Positions 13,201 to 28,200 of a stretch of 64,000 nucleotides of DNA are shown one piece after another; position 1 is the first letter of the stretch, and each line of letters begins with the position of its first letter. The stretch covers positions 1,240,001-1,304,000 of the forward strand of contig NW_022985693.1 in assembly GCF_902459465.1 (NCBI RefSeq), written 5' to 3'. The translations under genes and the position numbers were made by a program. The notes beneath the pieces are model-generated. The model saw only the letters and a program-made list of their open reading frames with translations, ran no database searches and was not told where the DNA came from. Origin of the DNA: Asterias rubens. Taxonomy: Eukaryota.

Positions 13201-16200
13201 CAGTAGTAAAAACCATGGGGTTGCTCATTGTAAAACGCCTATGTAGAGAATTATACAACTCTCTGCTAAGCAAAAGTAAGCAGAAAAACCAGGCACTGAT
13301 TGTACATAAAATATGGTACTTTGGCTGGTAACCGTTCTCTACTAAGCATATTGAGTTAAATTGAACTGAAACCAAACTACATCAAAAGAAGAAAACAGAT
13401 TACTAACACCCACAAGTCAAAGGAGTAAAAAGTACATAAATCAAAGCAACTTGAATAATGAATTAAGTTGAATAGTAATCAATAACAGCAATTTTGTAGT
13501 AAGTCTTTTTAAATCCATATGCCTTAATGGATTTTCTTCTCTGTATCTAAATCCTACGTATGGCTCCAATTTGTTTGCAGTCTGTAACTTATGCAGAGTT
13601 TGTTAATAGTTGGGCTGAGGAGGATGAGGAGTGTATGTTAGATTCTGGAAGCATCGTGGGAAGCATCGTCTTCTCCAACTCTGATCTTCTAGCTTCCTTC
13701 TGTCCTGATAGATCAGATTCAGTGACAACTTCTTGCATGGATGAAATCAGTGGTCTCTCAGGTAGGTTCAACACTATGTTCTCAAACGAATAAATTATAA
13801 TAATATGGAAGTCTTATATAGTGCATGTATCTACCAACAAGGTACTCAAGGCACTTAGTATAAACGTTTTACAGAAAGATGGTTTTTGAAAATAAGAATT
13901 CTGAGACCCAATTCTGTAGCACCTTATTAAGGGTTCACAAGGTGCTACAGCACATTCAGTAGCAACAGCCAGGAACACAGGATGAGCCCCTTCTCTTTTT
14001 GATAAGCGACTGGGTTCTTTACGTGTGTTACACAACACATGGGACCAACGGCTTTACATCCCATCCGAAGGGCGAAGCAATGGTTAAGTGTCTTTCATAA
14101 GGACACAAGTGTCACGACTTGGACTCAAAACCCACACTGTCTGGTCAGACACGACACATCCACGACACTTGCAAAATGTGTAATAACAAATTTATATCGG
14201 TAAAAAAGAATCGGTACACAATGGTTTAAGACCCAGCTATTTCCTTCCCCCCAATCAAATTTCCAGTTTTGTTAAGGTTTTACCAGACATGTCCAAAGAT
14301 GAAATAGACATTTCATAAGCAATCTTGTATAATAAATAATAGGAAATCTTATTTCATGACAGAGTTGCTATGTCTTAGCCTTGATTTTGGGTTTCAACAA
14401 ACTATTTTTGTTGAAGCCACTTTATTACTCTTTTATTTGATGGGGCAAAGTTAAGTAAAAGAAGTAAAAGAAGCATAGAAATAAAAGTTTAGGAAAATAA
14501 ACATATTAAAACTTTACACATTTTGTTCATTAACCATTGATATTTGTTTGCATTTTTTTCCATAACTACTTAGCAATGACAACAAAATAGCGCTGTATAT
14601 ACATGTAGATCCATGTTAATTCGTACTATTCAGTGTTTAGACAGAATAGGTGTTTATTTGTAAACTATTGTCTAATGGTATTTCTTTTTGTCAATAGGTC
14701 AATGTGATGAAGCAGTGGAGGTCAATTACCATCTTTTAACCTGTATTTTTGACAAGTGTTTTATTGGGGATTATGAAGGAGAAGGCTGTAGACGTATTGC
14801 CAATACTGTAGGTGCTTGTAGATCATACTGTGGGCGTCCAGAACCTTTCAGAACACCAGGAGCACATTGTGGTAAGTAAAATTTGAGCTGTTGACAAAAT
14901 TACACCAATGCTATTTCAAGATAAAATATCCATTATATTGTTTCCTGTTTACCTCACATTGGTAACAGTGCTAATAATTCTCATACAAACAAAGTAAAAA
15001 CATTTATGAGGCGCATTTCCAAAAAAAACATTGAGCTTTCAACCAAAAGTTAACGTGGAGTACATTGAATAAAAAAATACAAAATCGGAACAAATCAAGA
15101 AAAATAAATAACATTTGAAGGCAATATTACAGAAACAATGTTATAAATCAGATACAATTTATGTTAAAAACCCAAAGTTACACTTCTTTTGGAAAAAGAA
15201 AAGTTTTAAAATCTTTTTGAACAATTTCACATTTGGAGCAGTACAAACATGCACAGGTAAGTTATTCCATAGTCCAGGCCTTAAAGCCATTATACACTTT
15301 CGGTAAACAGTATTGTCCAAGTCACACACTTCGTGTATCACAACTTATATATAAAATAACAAACCTGTAAAAATTTAGGCTCAATCAGTCTTGGAGTCGG
15401 GAGAAAATAACGGGAAAACCCACTCTTGTTTCCGCGCGTTTCGCCGTGTCATGACATGTGTTTAAAATAAATCCGTATTCTCGCTAACGAGAATTTATAT
15501 TGTTTTACTGTTTTCTAAAAAAGTAAAGCGTTTCATGGACTAATATTTCAAGAGAAGTCTTTCACCATTACCTTCTGTAAACCCTAAAAATTATTTGTAA
15601 ATCTGTGAACTTTTATTTTTTTTTCTGTACCGAAAGGGTCCAATGGCTTTAACACAGTACAAATCAAAATGACTAAAATGAATTTGTACTGTTCTCAGTT
15701 ACTTTTGCTGTTTGTTATGTATCTTAGATGTACCTTGCCCGGGGAATTCCACATACAATTTCTGCATGAGTCCATGTGTACCTACCTGTGACACCACAAT
15801 GGGAGGACCCCAAGAAGAGTGCACAAGAACTGATTGTGTAGAGGGATGTCAGTGCAATGAAGGATTTGTCTTGAGTGGTACAAAGTGTGTACCAAGAGAG
15901 GACTGTGGCTGTAGAGATATTGAACATGATGGTGCTTATTACTTGGTAAGGGAGCGGGGCAATTTTATCTTATAAAGTTGTAGAAGCATTAGTAGGATTT
16001 GAAACTTTGCATGGTGGCAGTATAATTAGGGGAGGTTTGCAGTCTCGCTATAAAATCTCTATTGAGTAGTGTTGTTTCTGAAAAGAAGCAGTGGTTGACA
16101 TCTCAATGCTTCGATCAACTTCAGGACAAGCATAAGCAGAAAATATTACTTATAGCTGAGCAAAAATCAAGACAAAAAGGTATAAATGTATTTTGTGAAA

Positions 16201-19200
16201 AATATTCATACAATAAGGTTTGCATTAACATCGTGTAATGAAAGCTGAACTCTGATGCTGCATGCTGCTTAAGTACTGATGATGCAGATTAGCTTGGTGA
16301 TGCACGAAATACTAGTGCTATTTAAAGATTCCGTTATGTATCGTACCGTTATCTGATATTTTGGACTATGTTTATATGTAGAATGGCGAGGAGTTCGTTC
16401 GCGAAGACTGTCATGAGAAGTGTGAATGTGTAGCTGGTCAGATCAACTGTGAACCTCTAGATTGCCACTGTGATGCTACTTGTGGAATTGTAGATGACAA
16501 GTATGGATGCTATTGTCTACTTCCATATCATGGAGATGGTCTCATCTGTACAGGTAAGATTACTCATCTCTCAAATTAATTAATCTAGGTATCATAGCTG
16601 GAAGGTATATTAATGTATATTAATGAATACGGGGTATTTCTCTTTTGATCATATTTCGCTTTGATGAAATGTCTAAAACCTTTAAAAACGGCTTTTGTGA
16701 AATCCTTGTTTAATAATAATGATAATTGTTCATTGTTAGGGTGCACATATCTATTATGAGTGCCCAAGGCACCCAATAAGATCATCCTGATAAGGACAGC
16801 AACAAAATTTCAGAAACTAATTGAAAGCTATGGCCATCAGGTGTGTTTTTAGCTGATCTCAACTACTTGTATGCTGAAGCATGACCTCAAGGATGATGGT
16901 AAAGAGTTCCAGAGACAAGGTGCTGCTAAAGCAAAGCCCCTATACTATCCCACATGATCCTTCAGTTCTTAACTCTACAAGTTTCATATCCCTGTTTATG
17001 ATCAGAGCCCGACTCTTTTGTTTACTATTGTTAGTTTGGCCATTATTTTCTTGATCTCTTTATCAAGCAATCCTTGACTATATCATAGTGCATCCATCTG
17101 TTGTATCTACTTGGTATATTTCAGTTGACCCCTGTAACAGCAACCCTTGTCTGAATGATGGGGAATGTGTCACCTTGAAAACACCAGAGTTGTCCTTGTC
17201 GGAAACCAAGTTTGTTTGCATATGCAAGGCTCCATGGACAGGCATTCGTTGTGACATTTGTAAGTAGCAAACTTTGAAGGCAAACCAAACCCTAAAGTTT
17301 CTGTATAGTATGGTGTTATTGACTAGGGTACAGGTGGTATTATAGTGTGACTAGTTACAGGTTTAAACACAAGCAATGAGGTAGGGACTGAAACCAAATC
17401 CACATGCGAGGCTTTGGGTCCACAGAGGTGAGAGGCAGGGAAAGAAATCATTGAGCCAACCTCCCTGATTAGTCACTATTTAATTGTGTTCCCTGATCAA
17501 CTAGAGAAGAAGATGGAGAGACAACTTAGTGTATATATATGCAGGAACAACATGGAGTCCAGAGCTGCAAGAAATAGAAATGAATGGCATTTACATGAGG
17601 AGGGCTACATCTTATACTGCATAAACACAGCTTAAATGATGATGATAATATTGATTTTACTTTTTACTCTTACACTGTATACTCAATACATCTGTTAAAT
17701 ATTATATTAACTCTAGCTATTCTCTATATTCTTTCCTAAAATCTACAGCCCAGGCCGGTTGTTGCTCCCATGGCATTCCACAACACATACATATCTTTGA
17801 TAAAGCAATTTACAACTTCTTTGGCACCTGCTGGTATCGTTTTGTAGAGCCCTGTCACTCGAATGGTAACCCTTCATTCCGTATTCACATCCGTAATGAG
17901 TTGGTGCCTGACACACCTGGTCTGACTAAACTGAGTGAAATACGCATAGAGCTGGAAGGAACTTTGGTAAGTAATAAACCATTATGTGTTCAAAGTTAGG
18001 CTTGGAGGTCAGAGTAGCTGTATCCATAAAAGTATGATAGGACTTGGTATTGGTTATTTGTATTGCACACAGGGAACATAAGATTTTTTGGAAAACTGAA
18101 CTTTTTGGGGAAAAAGATGTGTGCAAGATGATAATGATCTGAGCAAAAAAACCCACTGTTTTCTCTCATTTTGATATGTAATGTTGAAGCGTACCATGGG
18201 CTTACATAGATATTAAACCATCCTCGCTAACCGATTTAACTCAAATCGATTAAGTTTGAAGAGCTTTCAGACACACAAGTTAAAACCAATAGAGTTAAAA
18301 CTGCTTTACAACTGACTTAAGTCTAAATGATAAAAGCTAACTAAGTAGCACTTTCAACCCCAAAACAAGTATTACAAACAAAAAGGTATGCAGACTAAAA
18401 TGCATCTTTGTCATAAAATAATACTCAACAATTGATTTCATGATAGTTGTTTGTGTGTTTTTCAGTTCATAAATATGTATGAAGGTAAACGATTTACCTT
18501 TAATGGTGCGGAAGCAAGTGCTCCACTTATTATACCAGGAATTGGTATCTTGACGTCAGGCTCCCATCTGGTAAGAACAACTTTAACAACTTTGTGTTCA
18601 AAGTTTATTTATTTATTTATTTGCATTTTCATTCATTCCAGAAAAGGCTGCTTTCCTATTAATTTGTTTCAAACTGGTAATTTTTTTCTTTGTTTCAACC
18701 CAAAATTATTTGAAATTTACACAGTCAGTTTCCCTTCTGTTTGAATACTTGATGTTTTAAATAAAAAAGTCACATCCCTCTATTGGTCCCTTGGCTGCCG
18801 CTTCCCAGCTTGTGTCGTAAACTCGGGTGTGATCCCAGGCTACACAGCAGTTAAAGCTTGTATTGTTTGAGACTGGCACCTCGAGCAAAGATAATGACAA
18901 AATGAGGAGTGCTAATTGGTGGGGTGCCTGTGCGTTAACCTGGAGGTAGTACACATTGGTTCAAATCCCGCTCTATTCATTTTTCTGTTGTTCAACCCAA
19001 AATTGTTTTACTGAATGAAGTCAAAAGTGGAATATTTAGAAGAGTTTTCTTGCCAAATTTGAAATCGTCTACCACTCCACCAAATAGTCTAAGCTGCTTT
19101 CAACACTTGTGTTGTTTGGATTGAGTTTGACAACATATTGTATTTATTTGTCATTATTCATACCAGCTCCTGTCAACAGTTCTTGGTGTAACGATTCGTT

Positions 19201-22200
19201 GGGACGGTGACAGTGATCTGAATGTTAATGTACCTAAAAACAACTTCACTGGCCCATTATGCGGATTGTGTGGAAATGTGGATGGAGATCCTACCAACTT
19301 GTTAGAAGAAACACCTGATGGACGCAGAGTTAGTACACTTTATCATCATTTGACAATCGTTGAGCTACTTTGATGTTTTTACCTTTATGTCATACTATTA
19401 CTTCATTATTCTTGATGTTCTTAATTCCTTTGAAGTTTAACAAACTAGGTCATGTCAACTGTAAATGTTTTCTATTCTACTTTGAAATGGACCATCGGTT
19501 TACATATTTTAGAGAACTTCCTTTTCAGTTTTTTTAAAAGGTGTGGATGGAAACGTGCAATGTTGTCAGTGGTGTCATGCCCTCTGACCAAATTAACGTT
19601 TCAAATGTGAATTTAGCATAATAAATGGAACATACAACAGTGCATTATTTGTAAATGATATAATGTCATATATTGATTACATTAAGGTGAGTAACTCAGT
19701 GGAGTTTGGCAACAGTTGGATTGTTGAAGGATCTGAATGTCAAGACATTGGAAATGACTTCCAACATGTTTGTAATGGAGTCATTGAACGATCAGCAGCT
19801 GAGCTTAAGTGTGGAATGATAAGAGATGAGTCAGGTATGATTATCAGCATTCAAAATATACTTTTACATAGATACATGTATGAGGTCATAGCATATTGCA
19901 CAACAGCACCTTGAAAACCATTACGTAGTGCTACATTAGGTATCAGGATTAGATCTCATAATTCAAGTTAAGTTCCACATACCTTACAGGAAATACTGTA
20001 TGTTAAAGCACCTTGAGCATCACTGAGTGACGGATATGTGCGCTATATAAGAAGCCACTATTACAAGCTATTCCAATATTATCAGTATTAAATGCACAGT
20101 ATACCATTGTCTGAAAATTCAATTTCCAATGGTGTTTTTTTTTTTTAGATATTGCCAAAAATCCAGGGCGAAACAGACTATATAACCACATCACCTCATA
20201 GTAAATTATTTCTCTAAAGGCTTTATACATGTACTATCTAAAGCTGCTGTTGGGTTCTTCTAACCAAAGTTTTTTATTGCCATTGATTTCAAGAGTGATA
20301 TACCTTCCCTTTAACTTTCTTGTTATATTTTGTCTTGTTACAGGACCATTTGCAGACTGCATTAAACATATAAGTCCTGATGGATTTTTCAGTGACTGTG
20401 TGTATGATGTTTGTGCTACTAATGATCCAAACACAGTCTGTCGTCATTTGAGTATTTTGGAGGCACATTGCTTAGATTTCTCCTTTGAAATTGGCTTCTG
20501 GAGAAGCCCAGAAATATGTGGTATGTTTTTAAGTGAACATTTATTACAGACCATGAGACTGCTTTCAGAGCTTTATCAAATGCTCAATATTATACTGCTA
20601 AAGCATTTGGTAAAAATTCAACTTGGGTATAAAGGGCCAAAATTCATAAAGCCTGTAAGCACAAGAACTTGCAAATTCAGGAAAGTATTGCTGAACAGAA
20701 GCACGTTACCAACCAAAATTTTCATCAAGTTAACATTATTGTCATTGCTGGCCACTCAATTTTTCCTCAGCAAATACATTTTTTAAGCAGTATTTTCTGC
20801 CTAACAGCTTTATGTGAAGAAAATGGTTAACATTTGTTGTTGGTTTGATTTCATCTGAAAGAAAACCTGACTCCATGTTTTCTTTCTCTTGATTAAAGTT
20901 CCCCAGTGTCCACCTAGCTCTCACTTTAGACGACTTACCAAGCCTTGTCCTACAACCTGTTTGGAAGCCATAGCTGAGGTCAGCATTCCATGTGGTTATG
21001 CTGATCAAGCTGGCTGTGAATGTGCACCAGGTCATTATCGCAATGGGAATGAATGTGTTCCTAAACACCAGTGTGGATGTGTCTATGAAGAGACACGCTA
21101 TGCTCAGGTTTGTAGCTCGTTTATATAGTTAGATCATCTTAGTTTAGCCATGACATAATAACTAGTGTACATGCTGAGTATAATTTGGATTTAGGTGAAA
21201 GTGGTTAAGTTGATTTTGTGAAATGGCTGTCTAGTTCTCCTCACCTTAAAGGCAGTGGACACTATTGGTAATTGTCAAAGACTAGCCTTCACAGTTGGTG
21301 TATCTCAACATATGCATAAAATAACAAACCTGTGAAAATTTGAATTCAATCGGTCATCGAAGTTGCAAGATAGTAATGAAAGAAAAATAACCCTTGTCAC
21401 ACGAAGTTCTGTGCGTTTAGATGGTTGATTTCGGGACCTCAAGTTCTAAATCTGAGGTCTCAAAATCAAACTTGTGGAAAATTACTTTTTCTTGAAAACT
21501 ATGGCACTTCAGAGGGAGCTGTTTCTCACAATGTTTAATAGCATCAACCTCTCCCCATTTCTCGTCACCAAGAAAGGTTTTATGCCAAAAATTATTTTGA
21601 GTAATTACCAATAGTGTCCACTGCCTTTAATACATTACTCCTCTTATCATCATCCATTTTTAAGCCATCTCGCTCAGATCTCCAGTCTTCCAGTGATCTT
21701 TCTCTAGTCGGCCCAAAATCAAACTGATCGTTGGGTGATTGAACATTAGCTTTGGCTCTACCTCCCTTTTGGCACAAACTCCCTATTTAGTGAAGATATG
21801 TGAGACTGTTAATAAATTCAAGACATAACTGAAATTACACCTTATGACACTCAATTTTGTGAGCGCATTGAGCACCCCTTAGGTGGATGTGTTTTTGCCT
21901 ATAAAGGTCTTTATTAATATAATTAATTTAATAGTCTTATAATGCCTCTTTTAGTGAATGGCTGTTCAGCTTGCTTACCTCTCTTGATTGTTGTTTGATT
22001 GCAGCCATATGAAGAGTTTGTTACCAGTGATTGTGGAATGCACTGTACCTGCTACCCTGGTAACCGTGTGGAATGTGAACCCCAACAATGTCATGAGAAT
22101 GCTTTCTGTGGTTTCTATTTTGGTGGGTTTGGTTGTCATTGTGATCCTAGATATGAAGGAGATGGATTGAGATGTGTAGGTGAGTTGCTTATGTTAAGGA

Positions 22201-25200
22201 GTTATCTCAAGTCATTGCTAGATTTATTCAATTTTAATTAATATTTGATTGAAATTTTAACTTGACAGCTTATTTCCAAAACTTCATGCAGCATATAATC
22301 TGAAAGTCACACTAAGCCTTCTGTCAGGGTGGTGTAGCAAAACAAACGGCAAACCAGTGTCATATAATTCACTCCTCCAGTTAATCACCATACAAATTAC
22401 TTAGTAAAGAGCACTGGTAAATAGAACATTGCTAGAAACAATTCCTTTTGAAGTTATGTAGTGTTGGGGAAAGGGGTAATGTTTTCACCCTAAAATTTGA
22501 ATCTGAGTTAAGTCTTCAAGCATAAAGCCTTGCTCTGCCATCTAAAAGCACTTGATTCTATGTAGCAAAGGTGTTTTGGTTTCATCATTATCTTTACACT
22601 TTGATGACCAATTGAGCCCAAATGTTCACAGATTTGTTATTTTATGCACTTTTGGATACACCAAGCGAGAATTTTGACAATAACAAAATGTATCCTTTGC
22701 CCTTAAAGACAAGGGGTTGAAAAAGATTTTTGAGATGTGTTCAATACTTTTTGTTATTTGTAGCCAATCCATGTGCAAGAAGTCCTTGTATGAATGGTGG
22801 AGAATGTGTCTTCGTTGATGACCTCCAACACTTCTGTATTTGTCCATCACAGTTCTTTGGACCGAATTGTGAAACAGGTGAAATAGCTTACTCTTAATAA
22901 ATAAGCTGTAGTAGTTTGTTTCTTGATTATTTATTTTTTGTGCCCAGCAGTTTTCAAAGCCACCAAAGGGGTATACTGTACATGTCCTTCCATGGGTGTT
23001 TCAACTCTACATACAAAGTGTGGATCTAAAAAGGGGTCCACACAATGTATGTCCACAGAGTGACCGCAGCACAGAAATGTGTGTGTAGGCCTACATGTAA
23101 GTTGGTACACACATTAAAACCGGGGACCTATAATAATAACAATAAATAATAATAATAGCAGGCATTTATATAGCGCTTAATACAAGGTTTCTAAGCGCTG
23201 AACAGAAAGTTCCATAACAAAAGAGAATGATAAGGTCCCTAGTTGGGTAAAGATTTCCATTTGGAAAGTGTGTACAAAATAAAACAAAGCTGACATCCTC
23301 TCCAAACTTAGTATGTGAATTGGTCTCGGTATCCTCTAGAAGCCTTTAAATAGCTATTTGACCTCCTATGTATGTCAATATAAATTTAATTGTCAGTATG
23401 GCTAGACCAAAAGAAAAGTTATCGATAACTCAAGAACTTAGCATATCAACTACAAACTAGGTTAGAACTTGTTGTTATGGACCGGCCAGGTCAAAAAATG
23501 GACTGGCTTTTTGGGCAACTGTGTTTACCAAGCAAGACAAAAATCAGGCCAAACAGCTTTCATTTCTCTTGAATGTGCCAAAAAATGTTGACCTTGTCTT
23601 CCTTTCTGTACTGTGCAGTTTTGCAAAGCTGCTCTGTAGTGGGTGGCGTCCATTACAAGACATTCGATGGCCTAACTTATGACTATATGGGTTACTGTGA
23701 AGACACTCTGGTTACTACTTGTGACATGGATGATGGTTTAAATGTGGTCAAGATCAATCAGACCTCGGATGGAGAATACAAATCAGCAATCAGGGTCACC
23801 TCGGCATCTCTACATTCTACAGTAAGTACTTAATCTAAGTTCAAAATAGAATATGTAGAGTATGATGCAGCATGGACGATTAAATGTATAGATCTCAGTG
23901 TCAAGGCCCAATTTCATAAAGACTGTAAGCACAACAACTTGCTTAGCAAAGAATAGTATTGTTAACAGAAACAGGTTGCCACCCACAATTTGCCCAACTT
24001 GAAATTTTTCAAGCAGTATTTTCTGCTAAACAGCTTGATGAAATTGGGCCCTGATGACTAAAAGTCTCACCACTCATTGTAACACACCTTCCAACCTATT
24101 AATATTAAACTTTGGTCCTTGTTTTTTTTGTTTTCACCCGTAATCAGACTATTGAATTGCGACAAGACAAAGTGATCTACATCAATAATGTGCAACATCA
24201 ACCACCGGTTATAGGTTTTGCGTATAAAATCTACCTCAGTGGATCCTGGCTGGTAAGTTTACCACTAGACCAATACAAACCTACACATTCAGCATTATGC
24301 TTCATTATAAATACCCTGGACAGTTTCCAGACTCTGATTGTTCTTTTACATGCGTTACACAACACATGGGACCAACGACTTTACTTCCCATCCGAAAGGA
24401 CAAAGCAATGGTTAAGTGTCTTGCTTATGGACACAAGTGTCTCGGCTGGGCATGATTCGAACCTACACTCTGCTGATCAGAAACACCAGAGTTTGAATTC
24501 AATGCTCTTAACCGCTCGGCCACGACACTTCCACACGGTTGGTTGGTTGGTGGTTGACAAATACCAGTATTCTCTGTTGGTGTATCTAAACATTGCATAA
24601 AATAAAAAATCTGTGAAAATTAAGTCACAATTGTTCATCACAGTTGCAAGAAAATAGTGAAAGAAAAAACACCCATGTTACACAAATTTGTGTGCTTTTA
24701 ATTGCCCGAGAAAGGCTCGGTTTCTCACAATGTTATTCTCAAAATCAAGCATCTGTAAGCACACAACTTGTGGGACAAGGGCGTTTTTTCTTCCATTGCA
24801 ACTGCGATGACCAATTGAGCTCAAATTGTCACAGGTTTGTTATTTTATGCGTATGTTGAGATACACCAAGTGACAATTACCAATAGTGTCCAGTGTCTTT
24901 ATGTATGTGGTACTCCTGAAGTGTTCAATTTTCATGAAGTGCATTTGGTTGCCTTTAATAATTACCTTGTTAAAAACTCACGATCTTTGATTCAATTTAT
25001 TTATATATTTTAGTAAATTTACTTAATTTGTCTGGACGATTATACCGATTGTTGGAGATATTAAAAATGGATTGCTTACCTATCAAATGTAATCTTAATA
25101 ATTATGCACAGTTTAATCGTGTATTGAAATAGTGTGTTGAGAAAATAGAATTAGCTGTTGCAAACTGCCTACCAATACAAAAGGTTATATTATGGTATAA

Positions 25201-28200
25201 ATGCAATAGTTAATGGCCTGACGTTTCGATCCTAGCAGAGTCTAAATGACAAAACAACACCATCTGTTCATGCATGTCTTGTGTTTTGTGTAGTCACTTA
25301 GCTTTTTCAGTTATATATTTGGTTTGCGATAACACCATGTGTTTATTCTCTGTCTTTCTTTATTCTACTACCGCCGAGTAGATTTATCGGATGTTCGGGA
25401 GACTTCTCAGTTCTGAAAAGAACTGTCCTGCTATTTAACTACTACCCGTGCGGAAAGTATAGACAATTTGCTGGGACTACTACTTGTGTAGGCCTATATG
25501 ATCATAATTAACTGCACTACCGGGGAGTCTGTTCTTGAGACTGTATTTTCATTTTTTTTTTTAACATGGAGGCATTGATTTGTTATTAGGTGCTAGTTTT
25601 GCCCCTTCCTGATGTTCTTATCCGATGGGACGGTGTTCAACAAGTTGAGATACATGTATCTGATGCTTTATCCAGCAGACTCTGTGGTCTGTGTGGAACA
25701 TTTGATGGCAATGCTGACAATGACTTTGTCACACCAGCAGGTGATTCGGTAAGTTTTTATTCTGGTCTGAAAATTGTGGTCTAAGTATATCCTTGTTTAA
25801 ATGTGGGGTCATCTTTTTTGTCCTGTTGAAATGGTGTGTTAGGGTCATGTCACACGCAGTAATTCACAGGCAACCAGTTCCAGGCAATCTCAAAGAAGAG
25901 AATCCATTCACATTTGAATGTTCGTATATTATTCTCGAGGATTGTAACATATTGTATGAAAAGCTACTCATGTGCTACGCAATTGGTCCTGTAGCATGCA
26001 CTGCGGTTGGTTGCCTCCGATTTCCGTGCATAAGTTGCCTTGTATGACATGGCAAAGGTTAAATGTCTAGAGATATATTTTTGAAGTTAAATATTTTTGT
26101 GTGTGTATTTTCTAGGCACCAAATGCTCTAGACTTTGGTAACAGCTGGGATTCATGTGGTGATACTGTAGACATTGTCAATCCATGTGACACTGATACAC
26201 TTAAGAAAACTCAAGCTGACAATGCTTGTAATATCTTCAGAGATAGTACTGGTAAGATTTTCTTCTTAATGACTTTCAAACTGTTATTTCAATTCAGACT
26301 TGCTTATGTAGCTGTTATTTTCTTGAGATATTTATGAAATTCATGACCTTTTAAAAGGTCTTTAAGCCAAGAAATAGTTATTGTGGTCAATATGTGTTGC
26401 TCTGTGGCTAGTGGCTGTGACTAGAGCATGATGCCTTCTACTGCTACAGCAAAGTGCTACATCCCAACAACAGCCTTCAGATTGAAGAAATTTGCACATT
26501 AGTATTTGTTACTTCTGTGGAAGAAATTGTATTACTTGTTTCTGATAATTCATGGGCAACATTACATAAACAGAAAGTGGGTACTTGGCTTTTGATTGTT
26601 TTTGTTTTGTTTTTGATAAATTGTTGTCATGTTCAGGTCTTCTCGGAGTTTGCTTTGGCACAATACCACCTGAGCTTTACTACGATCGATGTGAATATGA
26701 CCTGTGTATGTCACTTCCTGACACTTCTGACCGTTGTACTCACATCAGCGACTACGCACAGCTTTGCATCGAGGCAGGAGTGCAGATTGACCCTGCTTGG
26801 AGAGACCAAATAAATTGCCGTAAATATCAGTACTTCATATTCTTATTACACTAATATTCATCAGACTGACATCACTGATGTAAGTAACTGTCCCTTGTAC
26901 CAAACTGATTAGAACAATGAATGGATTAAACTAATTTGGGTTTCTTGAACATAAACAATTTACTGCAGCGAAACTTGAATCAATGACCTCTGGATTAATG
27001 TACCAACGCAGCGCTCTAACAACTTCTAAGGGCCGTATAGCTCAGTTGGTAGACAGTGGTAGATTAATTTTGAGGTCAATGGTTCAAGTCTAGCTCAATC
27101 AATTTTTATTTGTTCCAACCCCAAACTGTTTATAAAAATTAACCAGTCTGTTTCCCGTGTTGTTCATTACTTGGATTCAACAAGTACAAATGCGGGGAGT
27201 GTGTGATGTTGGTATCTATTTTAACTTTATCTTTGCATTACACATTTGTGACTTGCTCTATCTAATTGAGGAACTGCGACTAAATTTCATTTTTGCGTTT
27301 ATCATAATAATCAAAACAAGCAAATCTTAACATTTTAAATAAAATAAAAATCAAGATCATACGACCTTCCTGTCTGAAATAATGTGGAATTTTCGACGAC
27401 CTTGACTCTTAATTTTACAACCCGTTTTTGAAAACATAAACTCCAGGAAAATTAATTTTAAAATACGTCTCACACACTCACTAAAATAATATTTGTTTAC
27501 GATATGAAAACATTGATTTTTAACCCCCCATAGTCAGACAAACAAAATAACCAAAATGAACAAACAACTCAACGAGAAGTTAGATTATGTTTAGACAATT
27601 TCCACAATAAGTTTGACAATCTTTACCTGAAATTTTAGAGCCATTTGCTTTGATATTTCCAACTTCCTACTCTGTCAAGTCAAAACATAGAGTAAAGACA
27701 GCTGTCACTGCTGTCACTCAGCGCATAGCATCAACCCCCACGGGTATACTCCGCTTGAAGACCAGGGGCCGATTTCACAAAGCAATAAAATTCATCGCAA
27801 GACAAATTTTCAGTATCACCATAGAGATTTGTATTGTGACATCACACTTTACTTAGCAACTACGATTGATTTGAAGTTACGATCAATTTGAGACCTTTGT
27901 GAAATCGGCCCCAGGGAACATTCGCAATTTTCCAGTGCATGTTTCTCATGATTTTAGCGATATTTCTTACCCAACATGTAGGTCAACTGAAAGATTATTC
28001 CTTTTACATTCAGAATTATTTGGGTGTTGAATAATTCAACCTTGAAAAACCATGAAACAATGATTTTAGATAAACATTCAAATGTTTTAAAGTTTATAAC
28101 ACACATACATGCAGTGCGTGGTACCCGCGCATTGTGTTCCTGCTCGTTGTATGCTGCATGTCGTATGTTACCAGCTAGCCATCACATGGCAGGCGTCGGG

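Noticed and set aside
20229-24600. Longer ORFs 20229-20786 and 24112-24600 as standalone genes
   Set aside because: Each is a real exon with read-through into intron, MITE or SINE sequence; 32446-32928 and 35168-35545 are similar.
27030-27110. tRNA-like sequences here and near 18905-18975, 36630-36720 and 48650-48715 as tRNA genes
   Set aside because: A and B boxes are present, but I could not form an acceptor stem or full cloverleaf, and they run into shared repeat bodies; treated as SINE heads.
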